DNA of 60,761 nt, filler included, from Squatina squatina (Eukaryota): the NCBI GenBank assembly GCA_031763465.1. It is 4 parts of 4 records of this genome, joined end to end, with 100 filler letters (N's around TTAATTAATTAA, not from the genome) between each part and the next. Parts side by side here need not be neighbours in the genome. Positions count along the whole stretch, not along the records: positions 16,561 to 32,166 come from JARFOE010000192.1; positions 32,267 to 45,194 come from JARFOE010000194.1; 2 more parts are not named here. One strand, written 5' to 3'. Of the stretch, positions 21,941 to 34,740 are shown one piece after another. The notes under the pieces were generated by a model. It was not told the DNA's origin. It did not search any database and was given only the letters and a program-made list of their open reading frames with translations. Position 1 is the stretch's first letter. Each line of letters opens with the position of its first letter. The translations under genes were made by a program, and so were the position numbers.

Positions 21941-24900
21941 ATAATTATTCCTGCAATGGCTCCCTCACAAGCATCTAAGTAAACAATAAAATGGATTTAT
22001 TGAATTCAGTGTATTGAGCAGTCTTTGACTTTGTTCCCAAGCTCGTTAAAAGCGCAGATGTTAAAACAACTTCCAAAGATCATAATTGGATACAGAGGTT
22101 ATGTCCTGGATCATTCAATCTGAACAGGCTTTATTTTCTCCTTTCCCTCTGTCCATTATTAGATCTTAATGCCAACAAGTTTTCATGACAAGTCAATATA
22201 ATTCAGGAATTTCAAAGTCATTGCTTAATGGTCCTCCGGGTCTGTGTTGTGTTAGATTTAACAACAGCACTTCACATAACTGGGCCTTATAAAACGATTT
22301 GGTTACTTGATTCCCAAAAGGATGTTAAACACAGGAGTCAGATTTAATGTGTTAAATACCACTGAACGGTTCCCAAAGTCCTAATAAAACGCTTACGAAT
22401 CTTACCCGTTTATAGATTCTGGGATGTGTCTACAATGTTTCTGGTCTCAGCCTCAGGAACCAAGCAATGCTGTACCACCTGTTGAATGGCTTCTCAGTCA
22501 AAGTTAGCTTCTCAGCAGTCCCATTGTGAGATTCCCACCGGGCAAAGTAACTACAATCAACACCAGTTGTCCTGGCCTGCGCCCCTAGCTCAGTCCACGC
22601 TCTCAACATCCCTTTCTGTCTATACACATTGCACGCATTAGACTGTGACACAAGACAAAGCTCACAATGCTATTCAGGCATTGGAGGAAGAACAAATCAC
22701 AAACACACAGGGGGTTGTAATTAGCCTTCGTCAGTAGTGCGTGACAGGTCAGTAGTGAAGTGGCAGCCATTTTACACTGTGCCCAATTTTCTTTTCCATT
22801 GACTTCCAGATCTCTTTGGGGTTAAAAATTCCTTATACTTTNNNNNNNNNNNNNNNNNNNNNNNNNNNNNNNNNNNNNNNNNNNNNNNNNNNNNNNNNNN
22901 NNNNNNNNNNNNNNNNNNNNNNNNNNNNNNNNNNNNNNNNNCAATTTAATAACAAAAAGCAAATGTATAGAAGTATTATCCGCACTCCAAATAAATTACA
23001 GATTTATCGTGCTCTGTAAATGTCGAATGCTAAAATGCTTCGTAGATAAATAATCTCGTACTGCAACCATACCTGTTTCCCTAAGGGCCACAGGGACATT
23101 CCCTCTTGTACAGTGGAGTATGGCAATGTGTGAAATACGGCGAACTACAGCAAATCAAACTCGCTACGGATGAAAGACCTCACAGCATACTTGGCCTCAC
23201 AGCACCATTTATGTTCCAGCATAAACATCATTTTGATGTCGGCTGAAGATGCTTGTTTCACGTTTCTATCCAACTAAATCAGCTTCTCCTTGCAGACGAG
23301 ATCTAGGTCAAATCACCTACTGTGGCAGTCAGACTTTGATGGATCAGAATTAATTAATTCTGCCATGCACACCAGTACAAAGAAAATTCATTTGATCTCT
23401 TTGAATAATGACGGCTTTCTTCTTTTTTTCTCCCCCTCACCAATTTTCTTTGCCAAATTTCTCACAAACCCTGCTCTCCTGAAGGTGTCGACTCCTCGCT
23501 GAGGTTCAATTCCTGGACCACAGTCCACCTTGCAGCATTTTGCTTACCCATTATTGAGCTACGGGCCTTTGAAATGAATGTTGGCAAATGTAGGGTCCAT
23601 CGTAACCTACCTTGATTTTGTCCACATAAGTGTGCGCTCCTTGGGGCTGAAATTCCTTTGCCCCATGTTCACGGCGCTAATTCAAAAATGTCCACCCCAT
23701 TAGTGCCCAGCGCTGACTTCCGGAAAAAATTGGCAAATTCAGCACTTACAAAAAAAAGAGGCGAAGCATTGTTGCAGGTCCTGACGGCCTCCACGAGGTG
23801 CTGGAGAAGCACTCTTGTTCACCCTGTAAGGAACTTCATGTGAGTGTCATGCAGTGCTATCAGCTTCCACTCCATTGCANNNNNNNNNNNNNNNNNNNNN
23901 NNNNNNNNNNNNNNNNNNNNNNNNNNNNNNNNNNNNNNNNNNNNNNNNNNNNNNNNNNNNNNNNNNNNNNNNNNNNNNNTGTAACTGCAGTCAGTGACGT
24001 CAAAAAAACAAACACTGTATGAAAAACAGTACTCGTCCTTTGCACCTTCAGCAAGTGCACACTCAAGTCACGTTTATCAAGTGCAGCCCATTTTACTGCC
24101 CCGATTCTGCTTTAGGGAAGTGCCAAGTGGATACTGAGTCTCCTGACTGATGAGAGAGTTCTGCTTTAAGTGGTGATATGATGATAATGAGTAGTTGTAT
24201 CGTCCATGACCCGCAACCAAACTGGTTGTTAAATTGCAAACAGCCGTACTCTGTACTCTAAGGCTTNNNNNNNNNNTAAGGCTTGGGATTTGAGTTTTGA
24301 ATGTGATGTGCAAGTCTCTTCAGTTGAGTTCTATTTTACTATGACTCGGGGCTAAATTGAATGTATTTTAGGGACAGTCAGTCCTTCTTGTGATGTACAC
24401 ATTATCCAGAGAACCAGACATTAACTGAATGTTTATTGTTTTAATGTTTCACATTTTGTAGGCCTTCTGAACTCAAGGCATTTCTCCCTGACCAGGGGAC
24501 TGGACTGTTTAGCCAGTCTACATGGGCGCAGTCAATGTCCGTCCTCATTCAGCTGTTCAAAGGTGCCACATTGGAGGGACATATTTCCCTTCTGCCCATC
24601 TCCCTGATTCCCTTTGGTGCAGACCTGAGCATGAGCGGCTTGGTCAAGAGTGGTCATCTCGGATAAGTGTCCAAGCTGGCGTCTTGGATTCCAGCATTGT
24701 GCTATGGCACTGGGCTAGACCTACAGCTTCATGGATCAGACTCTCTGATTATAAAGTGAGTNNNNNNNNNNNNNNNNNNNNNNNNNNNNNNNNNNNNNNN
24801 NNNNNNNNNNNNNNNNNNNNNNNNNNNNNNNNNNNNNNNNNNNNNNNNNNNNNNNNNNNNNATCAATGATATCAGCTTTAGCCACTCCATGTGGCAGCGA

Positions 24901-27156
24901 GTTTCACAGCGAGAAAGCAAAATTGACAATCTTAAGCTTTGGGTTGCGTGTTTACAAACACGCGCCCAGACCATGCACGATCGCATCAGTTGTCCACCGT
25001 GTAGCCTTGACAACAATAGCACATTGCACTCCTGGTCCTACATTTACTCCCTGATCCAAAAGAGAGACGTCAAACACACTTTTCAGGAGGAAATTAAACT
25101 CGAGAGTTCAATTAATTTCTGGTCCATGTACAACTTACTCTCAGTCCTTCCACTCGGTTTCCCTTTTCTTTTAATTGTACTTTATTGTTCAGTAATCTTA
25201 TAGTTGGCGGGATTAATCCAGATGGAAGGGTTTCAAGGGTGCTTTCACTGTTAATGAGAAAGTAACTCGTCAATTACGTGGACTCCGCCGCCTTTGTGAG
25301 ACCTTAATCAAATAAAATAAAAACCACACGCAGCATTTGGAGGGATATTTGGGAAGGCTGTGTGCAGTTTACTAATTCAGCTATTCACACTTTGATTGCA
25401 CCGCTTCTGGTCATCTGTTCAAGAGCAGCTGCTGCTGAGAAACACAAATAAGAACTATTATTCACCAGCTGTCCCGTCTCACACTTGTTTTGTGTTGGGC
25501 AGAATTCAGGTCAGGCACAGCTTTACAGACAGGGAAACAAAAAGAGATTGGGAGGTTTTTGGTTTTGCTGTTGAGCTGCGGCATAATTGGAGCTTTCTGT
25601 CATTTACCGTACAACCCAAGCTCCAAAAACTAAAATCTCATCAGCTCTTCCGTTCGCAGAACGGTGTGGAACCAGAACTGATTGAAACCGCAGCAGGGAA
25701 AGGACCACAGGGCAGATTGTTTTGAACATATATTTGTCAGAAACCTGTAGAACTGGGGGCAAAGAGAAAGCAAAGCCCCAGTAAGTAGTATTAGCAGGAG
25801 AAAATATAACTGAGATAAAAAAACAGGCGGTTCTTCAACTCCATTGGGAACTGAAGTTCGACAAAGCGGTTAACCTTGGGGGAAATCCGAGCAAGTACAC
25901 TTTTTTTTGATTTTCGTATCCAGACTCGCCCACCGAGAACACCCATCGAAAAATCATCAAAACACTCCCCACGAGTTTCATTTTTACTACTTTGGATGTG
26001 GCCAATGATCTCCTGGACCATCAGAGAGGAGCTTTGCAGAACCTCGCCACCCTTTTTCCCCTCTCCCAGGAGATAGCATAGTTGCTGGGTGGGAAGAAGG
26101 GTAAGGAAGGGTTTAGTCCTGATGTTCCAGCCACCATGGTGCGGAGCAGCATTTGTTGCCCGTCCTCAGTTGCNNNNNNNNNNNNNNNNNNNNNNNNNNN
26201 NNNNNNNNNNNNNNNNNNNNNNNNNNNNNNNNNNNNNNNNNNNNNNNNNNNNNNNNNNNNNNNNNNNNNNNNNCGGAGCTTACATTTTCACCTGTGATAA
26301 ATCATGTGATGACAGTGGAGCTCAAAGTCCACCACTAGAGCTGCACCCATAGTATTAAATGTCCTACGACAATTTAATGAAATTGCAACTGCACTTCAAA
26401 TAACTATGTCCCACAAAGCAAAATGCACCTTTGTCACTCCAGAAATGTAATTCGCAGCTGCACAACTCTGGGAGCCAGAGTTGTCGATTTAAAATGGCCA
26501 CCATCCAGGCCCCTTAAAATAGCACCATGCTGGTAACCATGCAGCCTTTCAGCACTGAAAAAAAATGGGCACGGGCACCACATCCTTTCACATTGGGCGC
26601 TGACCAACACTGCAACAGTGGCACACTCTCGTCATCAGCACCTGGTGCTGCCACAAACCCCGCCACCGCCACCCAATCTCCAATGCTGGGTTGAAGCTGA
26701 CGTCCAGCCAAATCCAAATCTCCATCATATACTTTTCCCGCCACCAGCAGGTATTAGACCTCAAATGCACATTTTACGCCTGATTGGAGCCAACTCTCAA
26801 CCACCAATTGGGCCCCTATATTTGTGGTCCCTACATTTACTAGACAATGTTACTAAATACTATCTACTTAATCTGGTGTCGAATCTGCACAAGTAAAACA
26901 GTGAAAAGGCAACTATAAGCAAAGCCAGAGACAGCTGTTCGATGTGACTAACATCTGGAGTGCAGTCCATGACCATAGCAAAATATCTTACACTATGGAC
27001 TCATTTGACTATGACTTAAAGGATTCTGCCGCACTCCGTCATTCTGAAGGACATTGGAAAATCGTGGCCAATGGGGTACCGACACCGCAACAACATTCTC
27101 AGGAGCCAACTGATGGTATTGGCCAGTTGGCTTGGGGTCCTGGTCCAGCAATGCCC

Positions 27157-27525
27157 CAATTTTAAAATTCTCAACGTCTGTTCAAATCGTCCATGGCCTT
27201 GCCCCTCCCAAACTCTGTAACCTCCTCCAGCACTACAACCCTCTTGTGATCTCTGCGCTCCTCCAATTCGGGCCTCTTGCACATCTCCAATTTCCTTCAC
27301 CCACCACTGGCAGCCGTGCCTTCAGCTGCCTACACCCTAAGCTCTGGAATTCACTCCCTAAATCTCTTTGTATCTCTACCTCTCTCTCATCCTTTAAGTC
27401 ATTCCTTAAAACCAACCTCCTTAACTAACCTTTATTGACCTGTCCTACTATCGCCTTCCTCTCCTATGAAGCACCTTGGGATATTTTACTGCACTAAAGG
27501 CACTATAGAAATGCAACTTAGTGTT
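27157..27525 (+). mobile_element. L2 LINE 3' end
   Basis: HGLAPPKLCNLLQ...AFSCLHPKLWNSLP...SFKSFLKT plus tail gaagcaccttggg...ggcactatagaaatgcaa. Confidence 0.9.
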
Positions 27526-28294
27526 GGTTGAAGATCAGAAATGATTCTGAAAACCTCTGTATATAACCATCTAAGAAATAGAATCAACTAAAATATTTGT
27601 TGCATAAACATTAGTGGATTTAGTTACACGTATGTAGTATTGGATGCTAATTTTTCATTTTGTAATTCCTACTTACCTACATATATTGAGTAAAATAATT
27701 CAATACGGTGGTGAATATTTCAGAATTGTGTAATTCAAAATCAAATTTTCCACATCTACAATGCTGGACCACTTCAATTTAAAATAACAAAGGATTTGAA
27801 TAACATTAAAATCATAGTCAAAGATAGCATGAGCATCACATAGAAATTACAACACGGAAACAGTTCAGCCCAACCAGTCTGTGTTGGTGCTTATCCTTCA
27901 CACCAGCAGTAGTCCTAATCCCATGTGCCCCCCCTGTTCACATAGTAAATTTCCCTATGACATTTCTTTGTCTGCTATTTTAACAGAGCTGCTAAATTCA
28001 TTTAAGAGAAACAGGTTGATGCCTGAATGTATTAAGCAAATGTGTCAAGCGCTCACTCTGCTAACAATTATTTCAAGGTTTTGCCATTAATAGTCCAATG
28101 CTTAGGAGCACATGAGAGAGCGGAACAATGTTGAGTTACAGGGGTTCACTCCCAATGATTACTATATTAAAAAATAGTGGCCTCCGGGCGATTCAAGTAA
28201 TGTTTTTATTCAATTTAGAGCTCAAAGAGAGCACTTAAGAGATGGTCTCTAACTAACGCAAAGACACTCTAGCTCTGATTTTCCAGTGATGGTC

Positions 28295-28446
28295 CAACAA
28301 CAACTTGCATTTATATAGTGCCTTTAACATAAAGAAATGGATTTATATAGAGCCTTTCACGACATCTTAAAGCGCTTTACAGCCAATGAAGTACCTTTGG
28401 AGTATCGTAACTGGTGTAATGTAGGAAACGCAGCCGGCAGCCAATT
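28295..28446 (-). mobile_element. Deu-SINE/L2 3' tail
   Basis: caacaacaacttgcatttatatagtgcctt...aaagcgctttacagccaatgaagtac. Confidence 0.75.
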
Positions 28447-30820
28447 NNNNNNNNNNNNNNNNNNNNNNNNNNNNNNNNNNNNNNNNNNNNNNNNNNNNNN
28501 NNNNNNNNNNNNNNNNNNNNNNNNNNNNNNNNNNNNNNNNNNNNNNACATTGGCAGCCTGTTACGGAAACCACCATTGAAATCTGTCAAAATGAAAATCC
28601 GACGGTTTCTAGAACAGACAGCTGATCGTAATGCTGGTTTTGCATCCCAGTGGTCAGTGGCAAATGTACCTCAGTGTCATTGTCCAGGGCCAGAGAAACA
28701 CTCCCATGCCAAAGGGGTGCAAAATATTTGACTTGACTTATCTGCATCTCAGTGAAGGTGGAGACTTACTTCCTGTGATGTAAGGTCAGCTCAGACTGTT
28801 AATAGCTGTAAATATAGGGACAGAATACATTTATATTTCTTCATATAGACAGACTAAGGCTGGTTTCTGTTTGCAGTACAGTCAATCAGTACTTCAGAGA
28901 CAGCTATTTATGTCATCATGGAGAGGGCTGATTGCACTCTCAGTATGTTGAGACAGAATAATCAGTTCTTACACTCTGCAATTTGCATATGCTATTTATT
29001 GCATCTTGTTAGGAAGTTATGGTTTTTCTCCTTTCTCTCCCTTTTTTCTCCTTTTTGAAGACACTGGGGTAGAAATCGGTATGTGTTGTGCCCGTTTCTT
29101 GGTCGTAAAATGGGCGCAAATTGTACCAATTTAGTTGTGGAATGGCCTGCGCTGAATCTGTGTAGGAGCTGGTCCCACTGCCAATTTTTTCAGGCATCCC
29201 AGGAGGATGCCCCAAACAGGCATTATGCCCGTCCTGCTTAGCATTCTACAGCTGCCCCCGTGGTCACCAATTAAAGGTAAGTTTCAAATAATTTTTTCAA
29301 AATGAACTCTGCCACAACTGTTGCAATCAGCGCCTCCCACCTCCCACCAGCTTCCCCCCTCGACCCGCCTCCCCCCACTCCCCAGCCTGCTCCAAACCCA
29401 CCCCTTGGACTAACGTGAGGGCTGATGCTGCAGTTTCCCGTCGGACGAGCAGCCTGTGGAGACACTGCTGGCAACAGTAGTTCACTCCAAGTGAGCAGGT
29501 AAGGCCTGAGGACCAATTTCTAGTGCTCCTCAGGCCCCCGGCTAGGGCCCAAAAGGCGGCGAAAAAGGAAAAAAATCATTTAGCCAATTAATTCTAAAGC
29601 TCTAGCTACAGATTTTCCTTTCCTTAAAAATATATTTCTGTACTCATTAAGAGGGGGGATCCCAGTAGTCCTACCTTTGTTACCCATCAAGCACTCCCAA
29701 TACAGGTGTATGTGCCTAGATAAAAAAAGTAAAGATTGTTATACTAACCCAACCATATCTTAAACCAAGCCTCAGAGAAGGACCCCTGCGACACTGTGCA
29801 CATCTTTCCACTTGTTGCATCTTTGACGTGTGTCTCAGTGAAAGATTGCTAATTTAATGCCAATCTATGGCAAATTGTTGCCAGTCTTAAGCCATGGGCC
29901 TATGACTACAGGAGGAGGCCTTCACCTTGCCTGTGTGGTTTGAATTCAAAAGGGGAAAGGGCTGTGTAATCCACTGGGTCACCCAGTTCTTGCGTCTATA
30001 GATTTTTCTCATCACCACAAGAACACCTTATCGATGGTGACAAGGTACAGCAATGACAAACCAACATTCTGACACTACATCAATGTCCTTCCAGACTCCT
30101 TATTAATGCTATACAGCGACCAGAGGCCAAACAGTATATTCATTATCTACTTGGCTAAAGCGTTTCTCTCAAGGTGCTCCGTTAGGCTAGGCATTATCCA
30201 TCAAGCATATCAGAGATAAAAAAAATCTTGTTAACTGCTGTCAAAGCTTCCAGTTGACTGCTTTTTAGAATCGACATCAGTGTCGCAATACCGACGTAGT
30301 CACAAGTGAAGGGAAATTTTCTTTTATAACTATCATTACACATTTTGCCCAATTCACAAGGAATGTTTCTTCCGGTTAGGCTCATGATGGAGCTTAAGCT
30401 TTTAGGAACAGAGCTGTAAAATCCCAAGCTATGACACTTGGTGGCCGAAGGTGGCTGTAGCCACATTTGAAATGCTGCAGCACTGATTAACGCCCAAACT
30501 GCTCCTGGCATCAATAGCGACTTGGAGGTCTGAAATTCGTTTGCGTTTCTCTCCTGACCAGGCGTGGCGTGTTAGAGTCGCTGTTAGGGGTGCTCTCGTG
30601 ACTGTCCAGNNNNNNNNNNNNNNNNNNNNNNNNNNNNNNNNNNNNNNNNNNNNNNNNNNNNNNNNNNNNNNNNNNNNNNNNNNNNNNNNNNNNNNNNNNN
30701 NNNNNNNNNATTTCCGGCGTGGCGTCAGACCTGCCGACAACACCAAAAAAACTGTTTGCACCACTATAACGCTTAAACCTGGCGGTGTAGAGGTGCCTAA
30801 AGGCACCCAATTTCAGCCCC

Positions 30821-31365
30821 CATATGTTTTATTAACTGCTTTGTTAACCTGTCTTGTCACCTTCAAAGATTTGTGCACAAACACCACCAGATCTCCCTGT
30901 TGCTGCGCCCCCTTTAAAATTGCACCATTTAGTGTGTATAATCTCTCCTCATTCTTCCTACCAAAATGTGTCACCTCACACGTCTCTGCATTGTAATTCA
31001 TCTGCCATGTGTCCACCCAGTCCCACCAGCCTGTCTTTGTCTTCTTGAAGACTATGACCATCTTCCTCACTGTTTACTACACTTCCAAGTTATGTGTCAT
31101 CTGCAAATTTTGAAATTGTGCCCTGTACCCGCAATTCCAAGTCATTAATGTATATCAAAAACAGTGGCCCTAGTACTGAATCTTGGGGAATGCCACTGCA
31201 TACCTCCCTCCAGTCCGAAAGCAGACATTCACCAAAACTCTCTGCTTTCTATCCTTTAGCCAATTTTGTATCCGTGCGGTTACTGCCCCTTTTATCCCAT
31301 GGCCTTCAATTTTGCTAAAAAGCCTATTATGTGGAACTTTATCAAAAAGCCTTTTGAAAATCCAT
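30821..31365 (-). mobile_element. CR1 LINE RT fragment
   Basis: FDKVPHNRL...WLKDRKQRV and TWQMNYNAETCEVTHFG. Confidence 0.9.
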
Positions 31366-31394
31366 GGGATCTTTTTTATGTCCAAGTGAGAGAC

Positions 31395-31545
31395 TAGACG
31401 GGGCCTCGGTTTAACGTCCCACCTGAAAGACTACTCCTTAGACAGAGCAGCACTTCCTCAGTACTGCACTGGAGTGTCAGCCTAGATTTTGTACTCATGT
31501 TTTTAGAGTGGGACCTGACCCCATAACCTTCTGACTCAAAAGTGT
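31395..31545 (-). mobile_element. Deu-SINE 5' part
   Basis: Reverse complement of the tRNA-derived head (gagtcagaaggttatgggg...cccactc) and the start of the Deu core. Confidence 0.75.
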
Positions 31546-33825
31546 AGCAATTTCTTTAGGGGCGGGGCAGTGGGATCAATATTTTGAAAAATACATGTGC
31601 TCCTAAATATTTATTACTTTTTGCACAGACGAAAGCGTACTATAGACTAGAATGAAATGGCATGTAATAATTGTGCGTCGACTCACAGTGGGGGTAACAT
31701 CTGTCTTCCACGGGATAAATATGGAAGCCAAAATCATTGTAGTGACATTTTATTAGCTTGGGTTTCTGATATCATTTCATTCTTAGGAGGGAATGTGCTG
31801 GAGGCCTTTAATTCTTATCACCTCTGTCAAAACTCTTTTTGATTCCAACATATGTCAAAAAACATAGTGTCTCAAACAAAGATGTTAATAAGTGACATTT
31901 CGCGTGTTTGGGAACTGCTGTAAATACCACTTGATTGCACTGCTTGTGAATTATTCAGCGTTTTTAATAACCCTCACAGCTTATCATTCCTTTAGCCTGT
32001 CATTTCTATTCTCCTTTAATTAACTATCAACGTCGCATTGATGTGTCTGACAGCTTCATCACGATTATTATGCTAATATTTTAGCTAACTTTGTTATTTT
32101 GAATTATGAGGCCTGCACATTTTGGTTGATGATGCAGGACTACCAGACAAAACCACATAAGCTCCCNNNNNNNNNNNNNNNNNNNNNNNNNNNNNNNNNN
32201 NNNNNNNNNNTTAATTAATTAANNNNNNNNNNNNNNNNNNNNNNNNNNNNNNNNNNNNNNNNNNNNCCAAAAAGGTTGCTGGAAATGATCAACAGAGTTC
32301 AGGATTTAAAAAAAATATTTGCCTCATTTACGCATAATCCGATTTCTCTATTCCTTATAGTTTATGAATCCTAAAGTTATCTTAAAAGTCTGCAGTACTG
32401 ATATTCAACTAAGGTACTTTTACTAGATGCCTTTCCTTTTCACTCTGCGTATCTGTTTTTGATTTTTTTTTTGTCCTGTACATATTTATTTCTTTGGTAG
32501 GTTCGGGGAGGAGACAGCACACAATACTCTGAATTGCAGGCATTGAGGTTGTGTGACATGAAATGCCTCCTTCACTTATCACCCAACCAGGTGCAGTTCA
32601 ATTTTTAACGTGCTTATTGCACATGTTGCACCATGTGTCAGTGTGATGGGAAAATCATTGGCCCAGATTTTCCTGGGGACCTGTGCCATTGTAATGTTGT
32701 AGAGACCCTTGAAGACGCGAAAGAAAGAGGAAATTATGGAGTAAACAACTCTTGTGATTAATTTTTCTTTCACTCGGTTGTTACCTTTGCTGAAAAGTTA
32801 GAAGGTAATTATCATGGCTCCGCCCCCATTAAAATCAATGATGATTGCGATTTTCCTGCACCAAAGGCAGTTTTTAGGCCACTGCCATTGAGACTGAATG
32901 ATAATAGTGCCGGTGACCTGTCAGTGGCATGATTAATTGACTGAGAAGAGGGTTCCTGTGAAAATGCTCCTAACATTTGAAAATTAGAAAAGCCAATTCT
33001 TTGTGAAGTTAAATTCAGAAAGTGCAACTTGTACTGTCCGTGTTAGAAAGGAGTGGATTAATCACCCATGAATGCTCACTGTTTGATTTGGATTCCTATT
33101 GTGCCGTCGCTTCTCGGAGTAAATTAATGGAAATGGCTTCCGATAACATTGCGTTTATTATAGATAGCTGGCTGAATGCTGCACACAGTAAACTGCAGTA
33201 AATCACTTGAATTGTAAATCGCAAATTTATACTTTTAAATTTTACAGTTTAAACATTCACCCTCTCAACATGCTTTGCAGAATTCTATCCATTTGCACCC
33301 TCCAGCCACCAGCCTACAAGTTCTATAATGGCAGTAGCAAACAAATGAAACAAAACAGGCCACACCTTTGAATTATTCCTGATTAATTTTAATGGGAAGC
33401 AAACTCATCTGATTCAATTTAAAGGTAGTTAATGCCAGCCACGTGCAAAGGTTCTTACACAAACATACATTATGGGTATGCATAGGAAATAATAAACAAT
33501 CTGTAAAAACAGTCTGTAAATGACCATTGGCTTTGTTGCCTCTGATTCACTGTTATGCTCACTGTGGCATATTTCAACGAGAAAACCAGAAAAATTTGGA
33601 GTAAGTTAGCAACGGTGACATTGGTGCACTGGATGGCAAAATTTATGGCGTGCGTTGCCAATATTGAAGTTGCAGAAAATTCTGGACTTAAATGTAAGCG
33701 ATTATTTATATAGGATTACATAGGGNNNNNNNNNNNNNNNNNNNNNNNNNNNNNNNNNNNNNNNNNNNNNNNNNNNNNNNNNNNNNNNNNNNNNNNNNNN
33801 NNNNNNNNNNNNNNNNNNNNNNNNN

Positions 33826-34544
33826 AAAAAATAGGGGCAGTGATTATGGTCTGAAATTTTTGAACTCAATGTTGAGTCCAGAAGGCTGTGAAGTACCTAA
33901 TTCAAAGATAAGGTGCTGTTCCTCGAGCTTATGTTGAACTTCATTGGAAGACTGTAAGAGGTCAAGGATGGAGAGATCAGAGTGGGAGTGGAATGCAGTG
34001 GAGAATTAAAATGACAGATGACCGGAAGCTCAGGGTAAAACCTACGGACTGAATGGAGGTGTTCTGCAAAGCAGTCACCCAATCTGCGTTTAGTCTCCCC
34101 AACGTAGAGGAAACCGCATCGTGCGCAGCAAGTACAGTATACTAAATTGCAAGAAGTACAAGCAAATCCTCAACCGAGCATTCCCCTCTACCATGATTGA
34201 CATGGCCCTCGACCATGTTCGTTCTATTTCCCGCACTTCTGCTCTCATCTCTTCTCCTCCCTCCCACCAGTCTCCACATTCAACGTATCATCCTCCGCCA
34301 TTTTCGTCACCTCTAGCGTGATCCCACCAACCAAACACATCCTCCCCTCCCTTCCCTTTTCAGTATTCCAAAGGAACCACTCCCTCCGCGATATCCTCAT
34401 CCACTCCTCAATCACCCCCAACACCCCTTCCCATACACCTTCCTGTGAAAGTGCAGGAGATGCAAGAACTGCCCTTTTACCTCCTCCCTTCCCACTGTCC
34501 CGTGCCCCAAACATTTCTTCCAGGTGAAACAGCGATTTACTTGT
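33826..34544. mobile_element. Penelope-like element with inverted segment: GIY-YIG part on minus (33826-34167), upstream part on plus (34168-34544)
   Basis: Minus strand reads CTSCNLVYCTCCARCGFLYVGETKRRLGDCFAEH (GIY-YIG nuclease). Plus strand reads LNRAFPSTMIDMAL...FQVKQRFTC. Confidence 0.85.
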
Positions 34545-34549
34545 TTTTG

Positions 34550-34740
34550 CTTGCAGCAACAGAGGTCTTGGTGGTGGAGGAGGTGGAAAGGAGGAGAAAT
34601 GTCCTGCATCCTCAGGGGGCACAGGCACATGTGGGAACAGATAGCCGTGATGGTTAATGCTAGGTGTGCGCCCCAAGGACCTGGTTGCAGTGCCAGAAGA
34701 AGTTTAATGACCTCACATAAGTAGTCAAGGTCAATTAATG
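34550..34740 (+). mobile_element. Harbinger ORF2 Myb/SANT-like domain remnant
   Basis: EVLVVEEVERRRNVLHP...WEQIAVMVNA...RTWLQCQKKFNDLT, frameshifted. Confidence 0.75.

Noticed and set aside
25200-26173. Moderately CpG-rich region as TRPC6 exon 1
   Set aside because: No TRPC6 N-terminal peptide is recognisable in any frame.
30429-30609. Short minus ORF ends (...RLVRRETQTNFRPPSRY*), reminiscent of Gypsy integrase tails
   Set aside because: It is too short, and no polypurine tract or LTR follows.
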